Part shown: in pieces, positions 4,737-5,408 of the stretch
How positions within the stretch are numbered: position 1 is the stretch's first letter
How the letters are laid out: every line of letters begins with the position of its first letter
DNA from: Nanopusillaceae archaeon
GTDB taxonomy: Archaea > Nanobdellota > Nanobdellia > Nanobdellales > Nanobdellaceae
NCBI GenBank assembly: GCA_049973735.1
Contig: JBMFJL010000040.1
Span: 1-5,408, forward strand
DNA length: 5,408 bases
Reading direction: 5' to 3'
Notes under the pieces: model-generated
The model's database searches: none
What the model saw: only the letters and a program-made list of their open reading frames with translations
What the model was told of the DNA's origin: nothing
Made by a program: the position numbers and the translations under genes

Positions 4737-5408
4737 TTATAAAAATTCTGAGATTAATATTGGTAAAATTATAGTTATATCGCCCCAAACATTAACATGC
4801 TTGGCATTTTTCTTTATTTTTCCCCAACTTACTGCTTCTTTTGTTTTTGCACCAGATAAACTTCCATCCAATTCTGTCGCAGATGATATATATATTGCAT
4901 ATTCCAATCCTCCGGAAAATTGAGCCCACCATATTGTATGATGCTTAGATATTCCACCTCCTAATATTAGTGCACCGACTTTTTTCTCTCCAAAGAATTT
5001 AGATGTTAGAAATTTTTCATCCTCCCATACAGATACCTGAATTTCGGGGTAGTCATATTCTTTCATCAATATTTGAGTGCCAACTGCACCATCTGTTATT
5101 CCGGGAACTATAATTGGAATTTTATTCTTATATGACCAATAAATTATACTTTCTTCCTTTTTTTCATATTTTTCTAATCTTTTTCCAATTTCCCATATTA
5201 ATTCATAAGTTCCTATTGTATTTCTTCCTTGTTTTTTCAATTCTTCAAATATTTCATCTAAAATTGGTCTTAATGTATTTTCTATAGCAATTCCATAGTT
5301 CTCTTCAGGAATGTATATATTTCCCAATCTAAAGACACCTTCTTCTCTCAATTTTACGTCATCAGAGTCAAAATATCCTAAGTAATAGTCATGTGTTAAT
5401 CTTGCGAT
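4737..5408 (-). CDS. dys: Deoxyhypusine synthase, 5'-partial (N-terminus beyond right edge)
   Basis: ALILGGGISKHH, ELDGSLSGAKTKEAVSWGKI (containing the catalytic-Lys SWGK motif) and GNIYIPEENY...RPILDEI align with the eukaryotic and archaeal DHS motifs ILGGGVVKHH, DGSDSGARPDEAVSWGKI and NLLVPNENY...MPILDQM (recalled). I checked the frame upstream of the track's TTG 'start' at 5351. It stays open to 5408 (...IARLTHDYYLGYFDSDDVK-LREEG...) and still aligns with DHS, so the true start is outside the window. Confidence 0.9.
   Translation of the reverse strand: MARLTHDYYLGYFDSDDVKLREEGVFRLGNIYIPEENYGIAIENTLRPILDEIFEELKKQGRNTIGTYELIWEIGKRLEKYEKKEESIIYWSYKNKIPIIVPGITDGAVGTQILMKEYDYPEIQVSVWEDEKFLTSKFFGEKKVGALILGGGISKHHTIWWAQFSGGLEYAIYISSATELDGSLSGAKTKEAVSWGKIKKNAKHVNVWGDITIILPILISEFL

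Noticed and set aside
4712-4751. Alternative C/D model using C box AUGAUGA (4712-4718) with the perfect CUGA at 4748-4751
   Set aside because: The 29-nt interval cannot hold a guide/D'/C'/guide layout, and the CUGA lies inside the DHS coding region. The 4686-4734 model gives exact 12-nt spacers.

Overview
AT-rich, tightly packed archaeal window. Two tRNA genes of about 69% G+C (hand count) in an AT-rich background, leaderless-type promoters and divergent core enzymes suggest a small-genome hyperthermophile, possibly Nanoarchaeota/DPANN-like (inference only). Left to right: (1) a long minus-strand ORF missing from the supplied track because it has no stop in the window, covering 1-1375 with a GTG start and encoding a membrane-anchored Asn/Tyr/Ser-rich putative surface glycoprotein; (2) a HerA/FtsK-superfamily P-loop ATPase (1360-2658, -) whose 3' end overlaps that ORF's start by 16 nt; (3) archaeal NMN adenylyltransferase (2724-3350, +), whose last 26 codons read antisense through a tRNA gene; (4) tRNA-Gly(UCC) and tRNA-Ala(GGC) on the minus strand; (5) a canonical C/D box sRNA (3506-3555, +); (6) a 64-aa basic winged-helix protein (3557-3751, -); (7) a circularly permuted YlqF/RbgA-type GTPase (3839-4573, +); (8) an unassigned GC-rich island (about 4592-4650); (9) a second C/D box sRNA candidate (4686-4734, +); (10) 5'-truncated deoxyhypusine synthase (4737-5408, -). 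No CRISPR array, integrase, transposase or defence-gene signature was seen. The items most worth follow-up are the two sRNAs found by eye, the GC-rich island, the CDS/tRNA antisense overlap and the ATPase plus surface-protein pair.
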